This document shows, in pieces, positions 13,714 to 25,467 of a DNA stretch of 64,000 nucleotides. Source of the DNA: Camelus dromedarius (taxonomy: Eukaryota); NCBI RefSeq assembly GCF_036321535.1, contig NC_087437.1, forward strand, positions 44,642,001 to 44,706,000, read 5' to 3'. Position 1 is the first letter of the stretch. Each line of letters begins with the position of its first letter. The notes below the pieces were generated by a model. The model was not told the origin of the DNA. It searched no databases and was given only the letters and a program-made list of their open reading frames with translations. The position numbers were made by a program, and so were the translations under genes.

Positions 13714-13759
<46 letters not shown>
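13689..13759. repeat. Interrupted (AC)n microsatellite
   Basis: AC run with two AG interruptions; it produces the THTHTH stretch in ORF 13604..13969. Confidence 0.95.
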
Positions 13760-13762
<3 letters not shown>

Positions 13763-15667
13763 CACCCTCATCATGCTTGGGTCCTGATACCCTGTGCTGA
13801 ATCACTCCAACCCGTTTGGATGCCTTCCTTACCTCACATGGTCTTCAACTCTTTGTTCTGGGTCACAGTGGCATCACCATCTACTCTCACTGTCAGAGGT
13901 GCTAACCTTGGCCAACCCTGTGTCATGGTCATAGGATTGCCTCATTCACAAGGAGAAAGGAAGGAATGACGAAGAAAGCATGCACTGTTTTTGAGTATGT
14001 GAGTGTTTAATTTACAATAAATAGTATTGAGCAATGTATTTTATTCTCTTATGTTTTTCTTTTCATTTAGCAATCTGTAGTTAATATTTATCCATGTTGT
14101 CAAGTGTACATTACTCCATTCCTTCTAGGTGCTATATAATAGTTAAAAGGGTAGCTTTATTACATTTGATGTAGCCATTACTCCAATGATGGATACCTAG
14201 ATTGCTCTCACGTCCTTGTTACCAAACGTTCTATGTTCAAATTTCCTCTTGCTATTTTTTATTTCTTTAAAAACATTAATTTATGACTTTGTATCTTGTT
14301 GATTTTGACACACTTGGTACCATCTGATTCTTGTTTTTTGTAAGTGATCTACTTTTTAACTTTGGGAACTTTTAGAATTTTTACCTTTATCTTTCATGCT
14401 TTTAAATTTTGATACAAAGTATATACATGCTTTTCCTTTTTTTCTAGAAAAATAATAATCAAAATAGTTTCTTCAGCTGTTCTGTCTCCTCCATTTGTTT
14501 TTCCTCCTTCTTCTGATACTCTTTCTAGAACTCCTATTCATCATATCTTTCAGTTTTATATTTGTATTTTATATTTTTATTCCTTACCATGGTTTCTTGG
14601 AAATATACCCACTGGTGAAGAAAAGCTTTCTTCTTCCTCAGCTCTGGGCGGGGGGCAGAAAGCATTTAGAAATCAAAAACCTTGGCTCACAATTTTCACT
14701 ACCATTGTAGTATAGAAACATCAAGCCAAAAAAATAGCATAAAAATTGTCCCTAAACCAGAGATGCCCCTGGGATGCCTGGCAAAAGTAAATGCAATGCT
14801 GGGAAAATATGTATTGTAGAAATACTAAGCAAAAGAAAATAATTATATTAATGTGGGGCGGGGGGGGCAGGAAGAAAGAGAGTTCAGGAAAAAAAATCAG
14901 GATAGAGAAGATAAAAGAAATAATCGTTCTATGTAATCTATATAGAAATCAGGAAGATACAGCAATTCCAAACTTGCATACACATAACAGTCAGTCTAAA
15001 AATATACAAAGAAAAGTGTTACAATATTGCCAAAATAAATTGATAAATTAACATCTTATGCAAAACTTCAACGTTATCTCAATAATTAACAGAGAAAACA
15101 TAGAGCAATTAATAATGTTATAGCCACGAAGTTTTCAAGCTTAATTTACTGGACCTGGACCTATATATGGAATGCTGCATCTGTGTAATAGGGAATGCAC
15201 ATTCTTTATGTGGAACATTTATAGAAATGTTTATTCTCTATATATCAGATGCAAAAGTCTATGGGATCATAAAATAAATCTCACCTAAAGTCGAAGTATC
15301 AGCATATAAAACTTGCTCTCAGTCCATAAAGCTAGATATCAACATTAAAACAGTAACTCACACCTTGTATTTGAATATTTAAAAAATTCTTTGAGCTAAT
15401 ATGTGTACTATAGAAATAATTATTATAGAAATTTAAAATGTTAGAATCTGTAAGATAATAACACCATATATCTATTAATGTGCTATAGCTACATAGAAAG
15501 TCTAGCCTTAAATGCGCATGTAAAGACTAAGGTAATGAGCGAAGCATTTTACATAAGAATTTAGTTAAAAAAAAAAATTCACTCAGGCAAAATTTAGCAA
15601 TGACACTAAAAAGTATAAAACCTATTTAAGCAAAAAAAAAAATTGAGGATCTGCAAACTGTAAAACT

Positions 15668-16838
15668 ATTTTTTTAATTGAGGTATAGTTTACAATATTG
15701 TGTCAATTTCTGGTGTACAGCATAATTCTTCAGTCATACATGAATATATATATATATTCATTTTCATATTTTTTCACTGTAAGCTACTACAAGATATTAA
15801 ATATGTTTCCCTGTACTATACAGTATAAATGTTTATCTATTTTATATATACCAGTCAGTATCTGCAAATCTCAGACTTCCAGTTTATCCCTTCCCACCCC
15901 CTCCCCCCGGCAACCACAAGTCATATTCTATGTCTGTGAGTCTGTTTCTGTTTTATATATAAGTTCATTTGTCTTTTTTTTTTTTTTTCAGATTTCATAT
16001 ATGAGTGATACATGTTACTTTTTTTCTCCTTCTGATTTACTTCACTTGGTGTGATGATCTCCAGGGCCTTCCATGTTGCTGCAAATGGCATTATTTTATC
16101 ATTTTATAACTGAGTAGTATTCCATTGTATAAATATACCACAACTTCTTTATCCTGTCATCTGTTGATGGACATTTAGTTTGTTTCCATGTCTTGGCTGT
16201 TGCTATGAACATTGGGGTGCTGATATCTTTTTGAATTAGGGTTTCCTCTGGATCTATGTCCAGGAGTGGGATTGCTGGATCATATGGTAAGTCTATTTTT
16301 AGTCTTTTGAGGAATCTGTACCGTTTTCCACAATGGCTGCACCAAACTGCATTTTCACCACCAGTGTAGGAGGGTTCCCTTTTCTCCACAGCCTCTCCAG
16401 CGTTTGTCATTTGTGGATTTTTGAATGATGGACATTCTGACTGGTGTGAGGTGATACCTCATTGTAGTTTTGATTTGCATTTCTCTGATAATTAGTGATA
16501 TTGAGCATTTTTTCTTGTGCCTGTTGATCATTTGTATGTCTACATCAGAGAATTACTTGTTTAGGTCTTCTGCCCATTTTTGGATTGGGTTGGTTGTTTT
16601 TATTCATATAAAATCATATGAGCTGTTTATATATTCTGGAAATCAAGCCCTTGTCAGTTTCATCTTTTGCAAATATTTTCTCCCATTCCATAGGTTGTCG
16701 TTTTGTTTTGCTTATGGTTTCCTTTGCTGTGCAATATCTTGTAAGTTTCATTATGTCCCATTTGTTTATTTTTGCTTTTATTTCTGTTGCTTGGCTAGAC
16801 TGCCCTAGGAAAACATTGCTGAAATGTATGTGAGATAA
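15668..16838 (-). mobile_element. Younger 5'-truncated L1 (~1.17 kb) with TSD
   Basis: T-tail then aattgaggtatag. ORF 16099..16410(-) is ORF2 C-terminus-like. TSD tgtaaaact at 15659-15667 and 16839-16847. Confidence 0.93.
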
Positions 16839-19239
16839 TGTAAAACTTTTTTTTTTTTAATTCTAGTAAATTAGTTAAACTCTAATAAAACTGATAAAGG
16901 GAAAAAAGAGACATGAGTAATTTAATGTTAGGAAGAGAAAGGATGAAAATTATAGATAAATGACAGTGATTTTTTTGAAGCATAAGAATAGAATGAACAA
17001 CTAAATGCAAATGTAAATTTAGAAGAAATAAACATGTAAAAATATGAATTTACTTATAACTGTTAATAATAATTGTTTAAAAATATTAAGTGACATAAAA
17101 TGAAAATATGCATTAAATGAAAATGGACCCATTTTCCCCTATACACACAAAAAAAATCAGGCCCAAATAGTTTTATGTATGAATCCTAACTCTCCTTAGT
17201 AAAAATGGATCATGTCTGTGCTACATAAACTCTTACAATATCAAGGAAAAGAAACAAAGATCCCTAAACATTTGAGAGGTTGGTATCAAAATCAGACAAG
17301 AACAAATGAGAAGAAAATCATCATTAAAGCACTTGTAAATATATATGCAAATATCCTAAAAATAATTTATTAATAACCAAATGTAGAAAATGTATCATGA
17401 CCAAGAAGGCTTATTCCAAGTATAGATGCTTTTTTTAAACATTGTAAAGTAAAAAGTCCTACAGTTACCTCAAAAGATGATTCAACATCTGTTTATGCTT
17501 AAAGTTCTTAACAAAGGAAGAACAGAAGTGATCTTTCTTAAGAAGGAAATTTCCTAGGAACCTATAGCAAACATCTTTTTTAAAAAAAATAGTAACAGTT
17601 TTAGAAACATTTTTTTAAGTGAAGAATACAAAGCAAGGACCAAGGAATGCTGCTTTTACTGCCTCCATTCTGCAGGATGCTAGCAGTCCTACACAAAATG
17701 CTAGGAGCAGTAAGTAAAAACTAAAGTTTTGAAAGAAATAAATAAAACCATCTTTTATTGCTAAGTATCTACAATAAAAATTAACAAAAATAAAAACCTA
17801 TAGATTAACCATTAGAACCTGTTGGAGATTAACAAGAAAACTTGTTATAACACTTAATATATAAAATTAAATAGCATGCTTACACACAATAAAATAATTA
17901 TAAATTCTATATTTTGCTAACATAGCAGGAAAACCAAAAAATAAACTTAATAATAGTTGTACAAAAATTTTATGAAAAAATATAAAACTTTGTGTTTTAG
18001 ACGTAAAATCAACTAAAATGAGAGTCATGCCATATTCATAGATAAAAGTAGTATAATTTTCTGAAATGGATACATTAATGTAGTCCTAATTGATCCTAAT
18101 GACATCCTGAAACGTCTCTTCGTGATACATGATGGTTAATATAAAAGTTATATGAAAATCATCTGGAAATACCCCCGATTTAAATAATAATTATATGAGA
18201 TGATGGTGATGGTGGTGTAGAGCACCCACTATTTCAGTTATGATAAAGTTATATTAATTAAAACAAGATGCATTCATTAAAATGAAATGCAGTAGTACGG
18301 TTAAAAAGAAATCCATGTATAAATTAGAACTCGTTATATGACAGCAGCTTTATTAATACTTCATGGAGGGAAAAAAGAGAATTATGTGAGAACCGTTGGC
18401 TAGCCATAAGACAGGTAAAATTGAATGCCTACTTGATAACATATTCTGACTGGATTAAAGACACAAATTTGAAAATCCATCTTTAAAATACTTGAAGAAC
18501 ATTTTCATGACATGAGAATAAGGAAGTGTTTCCTAAGAGAAACTAAATAAAACAAACATAGAAGTGTCCCCAAATCCTCAAAGTAAATATTGGTGAATTT
18601 GTTCATATTAATATTTTAAAACATAATAAATACCAGGAAAATATAAACCACAGACTGAAAAGTATTTGTAATACATATTAATAAGGGGATAACGTTCAGA
18701 ATAAAGAACTCCTGCAAAAATAACCCAAATGATAAACAACTCAAAAGTAAATGGTCAAAGAATATGAGTAAGAAACTTGAATTATGAATATATATATGAA
18801 AATTTACTGAACTTTATTAGTAATCATGGAAATGCAAATTAAAACAATAATGAGATTCTTATACCCATGAGATTTTCAAAATTTAAAAAGTCCGAGGAGC
18901 AATTTCTCATACCTAATAAAGTTGGTGGTACACATATATTATAACCCACAAATCCTACTTCTAGTCATCTATTTAAAGGAAGTGTGACACATGTGCACAA
19001 AAATTCAAAATGTTCTTTATCTCACTGTAATGTTGAAAATGTGGAAACAATCTCACTAATTCTCAGTAATAGAACTGGGAAATAAACTGGGATTGATCCT
19101 ACAACCAAATGCTGTTTAGTAGTTAAAATGAATGATCTAGATCTCCATTTACTGTCAATGTACAGTCAGTATGAAAAATATAATGCTGATTGAAAAAAAG
19201 TATTATAATTTATGCAAAATGTCAAAGCCTATAAAATAA

Positions 19240-19585
19240 GTCAGAGATCAATATATACTGTGTGATATCACTTATATATGGAATCTAAAAAATAAAACTA
19301 ATGAATATAACAAAAAAGAAACAGATTCGCAGATAGAGAATAAACTAGTGGTTACCAGTGGGGAGAGGGATGGGGGAAGAGACGAGATAGAGGGGGGTTA
19401 AGAGGTACAGTTCTATATTTAAAATAAAAAAGCTACAAGGATACCTTGTACAACACATGGAATATAATCAGTATTTTATAATAGCTATAAATGGAATATA
19501 ATATTTAAAAGTGTTGAATCACTATGTTGTACACCAAAACTTGTATAATGTTGTATACTGACTACACCTCAATTAAAAAAAAAAG
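19240..19585 (+). mobile_element. L1 3'UTR fragment with A-tail (L1MA9/laurasiatherian-like)
   Basis: gatatcacttatatatggaatctaaaaaa...aaactagtggttaccagtggggagaggga...actacacctcaattaaaaaaaaaag. Confidence 0.85.
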
Positions 19586-20339
19586 AATAGAATATATTTA
19601 TGGCTATGCCTATACCTATGTCTACCTGTGAGTATCTCTACCTAATTATCTACCTACCCACCCAGCTATCAATCTATGTATCTATATGACAAAATACTTG
19701 AAATGGTTAACTTTAGCCTCAGAGTAAGAATCAAATCTGTAAGATTGCATTTATTTGGTTATTGGAAAAGGGTACTGATGAAGGAAATATAGTAAGATGA
19801 CATGTTAAAACTAGATGTGGGTCATCATTGTATGTATTTTTTATTTTATATATGAAGAACATTTCATAATTTAAAAAATGCTTAGAGTGAGAGACACTTT
19901 ATTGTTCAGATGAAAATGAAATCTATATAAAAACCTGGTTTGAGTCACAGTTCTGTCCCTATGTGATTCATTATAATAAATAAGATAATAGAACCTGTGC
20001 CACCTGTGGTTTCAAAAATCTGTGCGATCCAATGAGAATTGGCATATCTGTGTGCAAATGGCTGTTATAAATTGTAAGGCACTATATTAACTTAAGGTAA
20101 CATTTCAAGCAGTATGTTGTATATTTATATACACTGTAAGGTATTCTCACTGCTGAATTTAGGGAAAAAATTAATAATAAATTTTAGGACACCAAAGAAG
20201 ATTCTTCAGCCATATTTAACTCAACAATAAGATGAAAAGATTAAAAACAAAAACTATGAGGTTATGACTCTCTTATCTAAAGTTCACTTATCTGGACTAT
20301 TTGGAACAAATGTGGAATAGGGAATTAAACATTAAAAAA

Positions 20340-20730
20340 AGTGAGTCTAACTACATGGCATTCTGGAGAAGGCAAAACTGCAGAGACAAAAGATCAGTGG
20401 TTGCCAGGGGCTCAAGAGGAAAGAATGTAGGAAATAATAAACAGGGACAGGCCGGGAGATTTTTAGGGCCATGAAACTATTCTGTGTGACACTGCGATGG
20501 TAGTGCCACTATGTGTATGTCTGAGTACAACAAAGAAAGTGAACCCTAATGTAAATTATGACCTTTAGATAATAATACTGTATTAATATTGGCTCATAAA
20601 TAGTAACAGATGTTGATCACACTAATGCAAGATGTTGTTAATTGAAGGGAGAGAGGGTACTTGGGAACTGTACTTTCTGTTCAGTTTCTCTATATTCTGA
20701 AACTCTCTAAAAATGAAGTATATTAATTGA
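20340..20730 (+). mobile_element. L1MC-like 3'UTR fragment
   Basis: attctggagaaggcaaaactg...gatcagtggttgccagggg...gtgaaccctaatgtaaattatg...cacactaatgcaagatgtt. Confidence 0.75.
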
Positions 20731-20843
20731 AAACACATAAGCAAAAATGCATAGCACCTAAATTAGAACCACAGTACTCAAGCGCTAAGCAGATTTCCTT
20801 TCCACCTATGAGAAGTGCTCAGGCGTTCTCTGAGGGCCTCTTT

Positions 20844-20915
20844 TTTTTAGTGTATGTATTTTTATTGAAGTATAGTCAGTTTACAATGTGTCAACTTTTG
20901 GTGTACAGCATACTG
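20844..20915 (-). mobile_element. Ultra-short L1 3' tip (~70 nt) with TSD
   Basis: tttattgaagtatagtcagtttacaatgtgtcaacttttggtgtacagcata, flanked by ctctgagggcctcttt (20828-20843) and ctcttagggccccttt (20916-20931). Confidence 0.8.
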
Positions 20916-21959
20916 CTCTTAGGGCCCCTTTATTCTTGGTTTAGTTATAATTTTAACAGATGTACTCTGTTATAGTACGCTGATGTACTGATTTTATATT
21001 TAAATTGTTAGTAGGGTACATTCGAGGAAAGAAGCAACTTACTTGTAATAACGGTTTTCACCTAGCAGTGAGAAGTACATGTGAAGGCATAGCCTGTCTA
21101 CTTAGCATTAGCTGCTTTCTGATTGCCAGCCTCTCCCCAACAGTACCACCTGGCTGCCCTTGAACCTACCCTGGAAAAACCACCCTTCCCCCACAGACTT
21201 CCCAGGGTCCATCAAATACAGGATTAACACATGTCATCACCAAAGACCTTCAACGACCACTTCGGGCTGTGACTGGCGTCCCTTCTGATTGGTGTCTTTG
21301 CCTTGTTTGTTGTCAAATTTTTTGAATATTAAGCATGAACAGAAGAAGTCAAAGAGGCAGGGCGATCAGCAGAAACTTAGAAGAGAATGAGAGACTTACA
21401 AACACAGGTGGAAATGAAACCTCCAGTATTTGAAAATACCTGTAACTTTAGTTTGTGTAATGCTTTACAGTTCTCAAAGTGATGGTGCAATAATGAGTCA
21501 TACAGAAAGGGTGAAATTACCTTCACATGTAATTTTTCTGATGCTCTAAAAGGACTTAAAGTTTTTTGGAAATAGTTTTATCTGATTTTTTTTTTCTATT
21601 TTTAACATATGAATTGCCCACATCTCCATGAGGTCTTGTTCTGTGAGCTTTCATGTTGAACTCCACTGCAGTTCTTAATGTGAGGTTTAGAATGGCCTGT
21701 TTAAGGCTCTGCAGTTCTGTGAGGCCAGCAATTGTATCTTAGTTATCACTGTGTAACAAGCATCTAAAAAAGTGTCCACAGAAAGTTTTGAATACATACT
21801 TGTCAAGAAAGTATAGCCTCATTTATCTAGTACAATTCAGTTGTTTGGAATTCTTCGTCCAGTGATATTAGATAAATAACTTTGAATGTTTTAAGAAAAA
21901 AAAAAACCCAACAGCAGAATATTGAGAAATAAGTATCTTTAAAAACTTTTTTTTTGCAG

Positions 21960-22052
21960 AAAAAAGAATTGTCAACATGCAAATTCAGACAGTCACAGAA
22001 TTCAAAACAATTACTAATGTTGTTGGATATTTAAAGGGCTTGACTTCTCCAG
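21960..22052 (+). CDS. NAALADL2: NAALADL2 internal coding exon (probably exon 7), 93 nt, phase 1-1
   Basis: Acceptor tttttttttgcAG and donor CAG|GTAAGT. Translates (E)KRIVNMQIQTVTEFKTITNVVGYLKGLTSP(D), homologous to GCPII 'NVIGTLRGAVEPD'. Confidence 0.95.
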
Positions 22053-23629
22053 GTAAGTAGAGCCAAGTGTTTATAATCTATACTTTATATGAAACATCGC
22101 AAGAAAATGCTCTGTAACAATTTAATAGCATAGATAAATGTCCTACTTTAGATGTAACTACAAATTTATACCACTCTGAGGTATGTCAATATGAAACCAA
22201 GAAACAGATCTTTATTCTCTTTCTTACCATATTTCTTCAAAAATAAATCATAGTGAAGAGAGTAGGGGGAAAAAGCAAAACAGAGAAAACAGGATAAATG
22301 TGTTAAACTGGCATGTACCTGTGAAACAAAGCTACAGAACCAATGTTTTTCTTTTATTCGCTGTAACACCATTGAAGATTTTATTTTTATCAAGAAAAGA
22401 TGTTGAAAAAATTTTAATTTTAGTGATGTGTTTTTAGAAAATAAAAAATTTTGGTTTTCAGTTCTAATCTTTCAGTGTTAGTGCATCCTATCTCTGACCC
22501 TTGGTCTACCAATAATTCTGCCTGTTTGGGTAGCTTTAGGTTTTGAAGGTGCTTATGAAACAGATCACCTGGATACACTTTAAATAATTGTACACCTTGT
22601 TATGGTATTCTTATGGACTCTCCATACGGTATTATATAGGCTAAAAAAGTGAAAATAACTGACAAACAGTAACTAAGAGATTAACACAACACTTCTGAAT
22701 ACATTGTGAGGTTGAATGGCATAGCACTGATGTGGTTTGTTATACTTAGTAGAATGAAACAGTTTTTTAGTGCATTTGTGCCACTTCGATTGATTTGGTT
22801 GGAATATTTACTCAAGTTTTCCTTGGAGGAGAAGTATTCTTTTCCATGACTTTGGTCAAACTGACTCCATAAGTGCTAGCCTAGGAAATTTTGAGATCAA
22901 GTTTTACATCCCTGCCAAGTTTCCTGCCAGCCAGCTCTTAAAAAATTTATGGGCATGTTCTCTCTGATTTCCTCACCGTAGCAGTGTTGAACAGCCTGTG
23001 ATCATAGTGTCTTTAAGTACAAGATACAAATGAATTTGGAAATTGTTACTGTTGCCTTTCAGCCATTTCAACAAATTTCCATCATGAGGCTCTCTAATTG
23101 AAACACTGGGAGTGTTTATCATCATTGCTGCCTTTGCTAGTTATTTCTGAAAGACCAAATTGTACAAAATTTTACCAGCTTTGGGATACAATAGCTTTCC
23201 TTATTAAAATTCAATGTAGAAAACCACAAATTTTTAAAATCAATTTACTAGTAGTATTCTTCAGTGTATAATAATATAAAGCTTCTTAATTGCGTTTATT
23301 TGAGTTCTTCTCAAAAATACTGGCTGTTCATTCACATGAGTTTCCTATTTAATGACTCTGAAAATTAGAAACAATCATCAATTAGTATTAAGGTTTTTAG
23401 ATATGATTTATCTAGAATACAGACAGTTCCAAACAGAACTTTCACACTTCTGGGAGATGAGTGAATCAGTTCAACATCACAGGCACACTGTGTATTCCAC
23501 TAATTAAATTTTGATAAGTTGTTGACAAATGAAATTCATTGTTGGTTCCAGTATCAGTGTGGAAAACTAAGATAGTTTCACATGGTGATGCTTCCCATAA
23601 AGTATCTTTTTGATGAAGTCAAGGGGTGA

Positions 23630-24415
23630 TTGATTTATTCTACACATGTGTAGTACTTGTTATGTGTCAGGCACTGTTCAAAGTGCTTTACAAGTAGTAA
23701 CTCACTTAAAACTCAGAAAAACTGAATGTTGTAAGTACTATTTTTATTCCCATTTTGTGGTTGAAGTTAAAGCATAGAGAGCTTAAATAAGCTTTCCAAG
23801 GTCATACAACTGTTACCCTAAAAGGGTTCTTGTCTTGCCCAAAAGAGAAGAATTCAGGCAGGAGACCAAGTGTTGTGTAGTGAAAGATCGAAAGATTTTA
23901 TTAGCAAAGTGAAAATGCACCTTCAAGAGCAGAAGGCAGGCTGGTCCAAGAGTGGATAGCAGTGGTCTTTGTTGGTCCCTACTCATACCCTCGCTTAGAG
24001 GCAGTCTCTTAATTGATTCACAGCTCTTGCTCCTGGAGTGCTTAGTCATGCCCGTCCCCTTTTGCACATGTCCTTACCCATGATGCACACAGTAAAGCCC
24101 ACGGGGTTGGGGGTGACTAAAGTGCAATGCTAATTTTATTACAATGAGCACTGGGTCATGTCTGATGAGGTCCTGTCGCCACCCTGCACTCATGGCTGTT
24201 GGATTCTAACCAGTTTCTTGCTGGCACTCATAGTGGAAGTAAAGCCCCTAATGCTGAAAGTTGGCATATTACCATCTTCCAGACCATCCTCCCTCTCCTC
24301 CACCTTATCTGCCCAGTGCCCCCACTTATCTAACTGCCTAACACCACAACTAGTAAGTTGAATAGCCTGGATCCAAACCCAAGCAGGAGGGCTTAAAACT
24401 CTGCACACTTCACTA
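23630..24415 (-). mobile_element. MIR SINE split by a solo LTR (parts ~23630-23810 and 24351-24415)
   Basis: tatgtgtcaggcactgttcaaagtgctttaca...attcccattttgtggttgaag...ccaaggtcatacaac | tagtaagt...ggatccaaacccaagc rejoins into a MIR core. Confidence 0.8.
23811..24346 (-). mobile_element. Solo ERV LTR (536 nt, ERV1-like)
   Basis: TG...CA termini, 4-bp TSD CAAC (23807-23810 and 24347-24350), AATAAA on the minus strand at 23897-23902. Confidence 0.85.
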
Positions 24416-25261
24416 TCAAGCAATGGGACATCTCCTAATGAAACAACACTTAATGAAGAAATCTTTTTACAGAGATGTAGAGGGTTACTGGGTCAAGTAA
24501 ATTTAGCTGTGTTCCAACAACATTCACTGACAACAAAATCAGAGGAAACTCTGGAGATTGACTTTTAGTCTCCCTTATTATTGACAAGAGTCAGTCATGT
24601 ACATTATACTGAACCCATCCATGTGTCACGGAGATCTTTCTAATAGTGTATCTAATAGATTTTGTAAGATTATATAAAATACAGTATGTGAGAAAGAAAT
24701 GTTTACAGTAGTTGGATAACTTTTGATGATGATTTTTTTTTTCCCTCAGGAAAAAGGAGAGGGGTTACAACTATAAGTTGGAAGCAGAAACTAATTCCCT
24801 AAATACTTCGTTCATTGCAAACTCCATATGTGACTACCACATTTTTAATATTTACAGCCACTGAGTAACTGCTCCCTCAAATGTATTAATAGTTCATTAA
24901 TATTTACTGAGCACATACACATTGTTTACAGGGCACTTCCCACTATGATTCTGGGAAAATGTTAGATAAAGGTTTCATTGTGGCATATTTGTATACTTCA
25001 TTAATTAATATGCATGTTGCAAAGGACAGCAATATGGATCTAAGCTTTGGATTCATAATTGAGTTCAGCAGCTGCCTCTGCTTTGATATACACAGATGTG
25101 TGAATCGAGACAGTGGTGAAAAATGTTAAAGTAGTCTTAATTATTAGAACAATTTTGCATAATTGTTGCTCAGTTGTGCAACAGGATTATGTAAATGTCA
25201 TTAAATTTATTGTCAAGGTTTACATTTTGTTTTAATGGCTCTTGTTTCCTTCTATTTCCAG

Positions 25262-25467
25262 ACCGTTATATCATAGTTGGCAGCCACCATCACACCGCAT
25301 ACAGTTTTAACAGCCAAGAATGGGCCAGTAGCACTGCCATAATCACAGCTTTTATCCGGGCCTTGATGTTAAGAGTTAAGAGAGGGTGGAGACCAGACCG
25401 CACTATTGTTTTCTGTTCATGGGGAGGAACAGCTTTTGGAAATACTGGCTCATATGAGTGGGGAGAG
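25262..25467 (+). CDS. NAALADL2: NAALADL2 internal coding exon (probably exon 8), 206 nt, phase 1-0, M28 peptidase-like domain
   Basis: Acceptor ttccttctatttccAG and donor GAG|GTAAAT. Translates (D)RYIIVGSHHHTAYSFNSQEWASSTAIITAFIRALMLRVKRGWRPDRTIVFCSWGGTAFGNTGSYEWGE, carrying the GCPII/TfR-family motif GWRPxRTIxFxSW. It lies inside ORF 25195..25569. Confidence 0.97.

Larger units (their letters stand above)
14850..19880 (+). mobile_element. Ancient, heavily decayed L1M (ORF2 to 3'UTR) interrupted by younger L1s
   Basis: A-rich, with colinear ORF2 landmarks: aatcaggaagatacagcaattccaaacttg (~14950), catgaccaagaaggcttattcca (~17400), tggattaaagacacaaattt (~18450) and aaatgcaaattaaaacaataatgagat (~18830). 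Confidence 0.7.

Noticed and set aside
13604..13969. 121-aa His/Thr-rich ORF (also 37922-38128)
   Set aside because: The THTH repeats come from (AC)n microsatellites.
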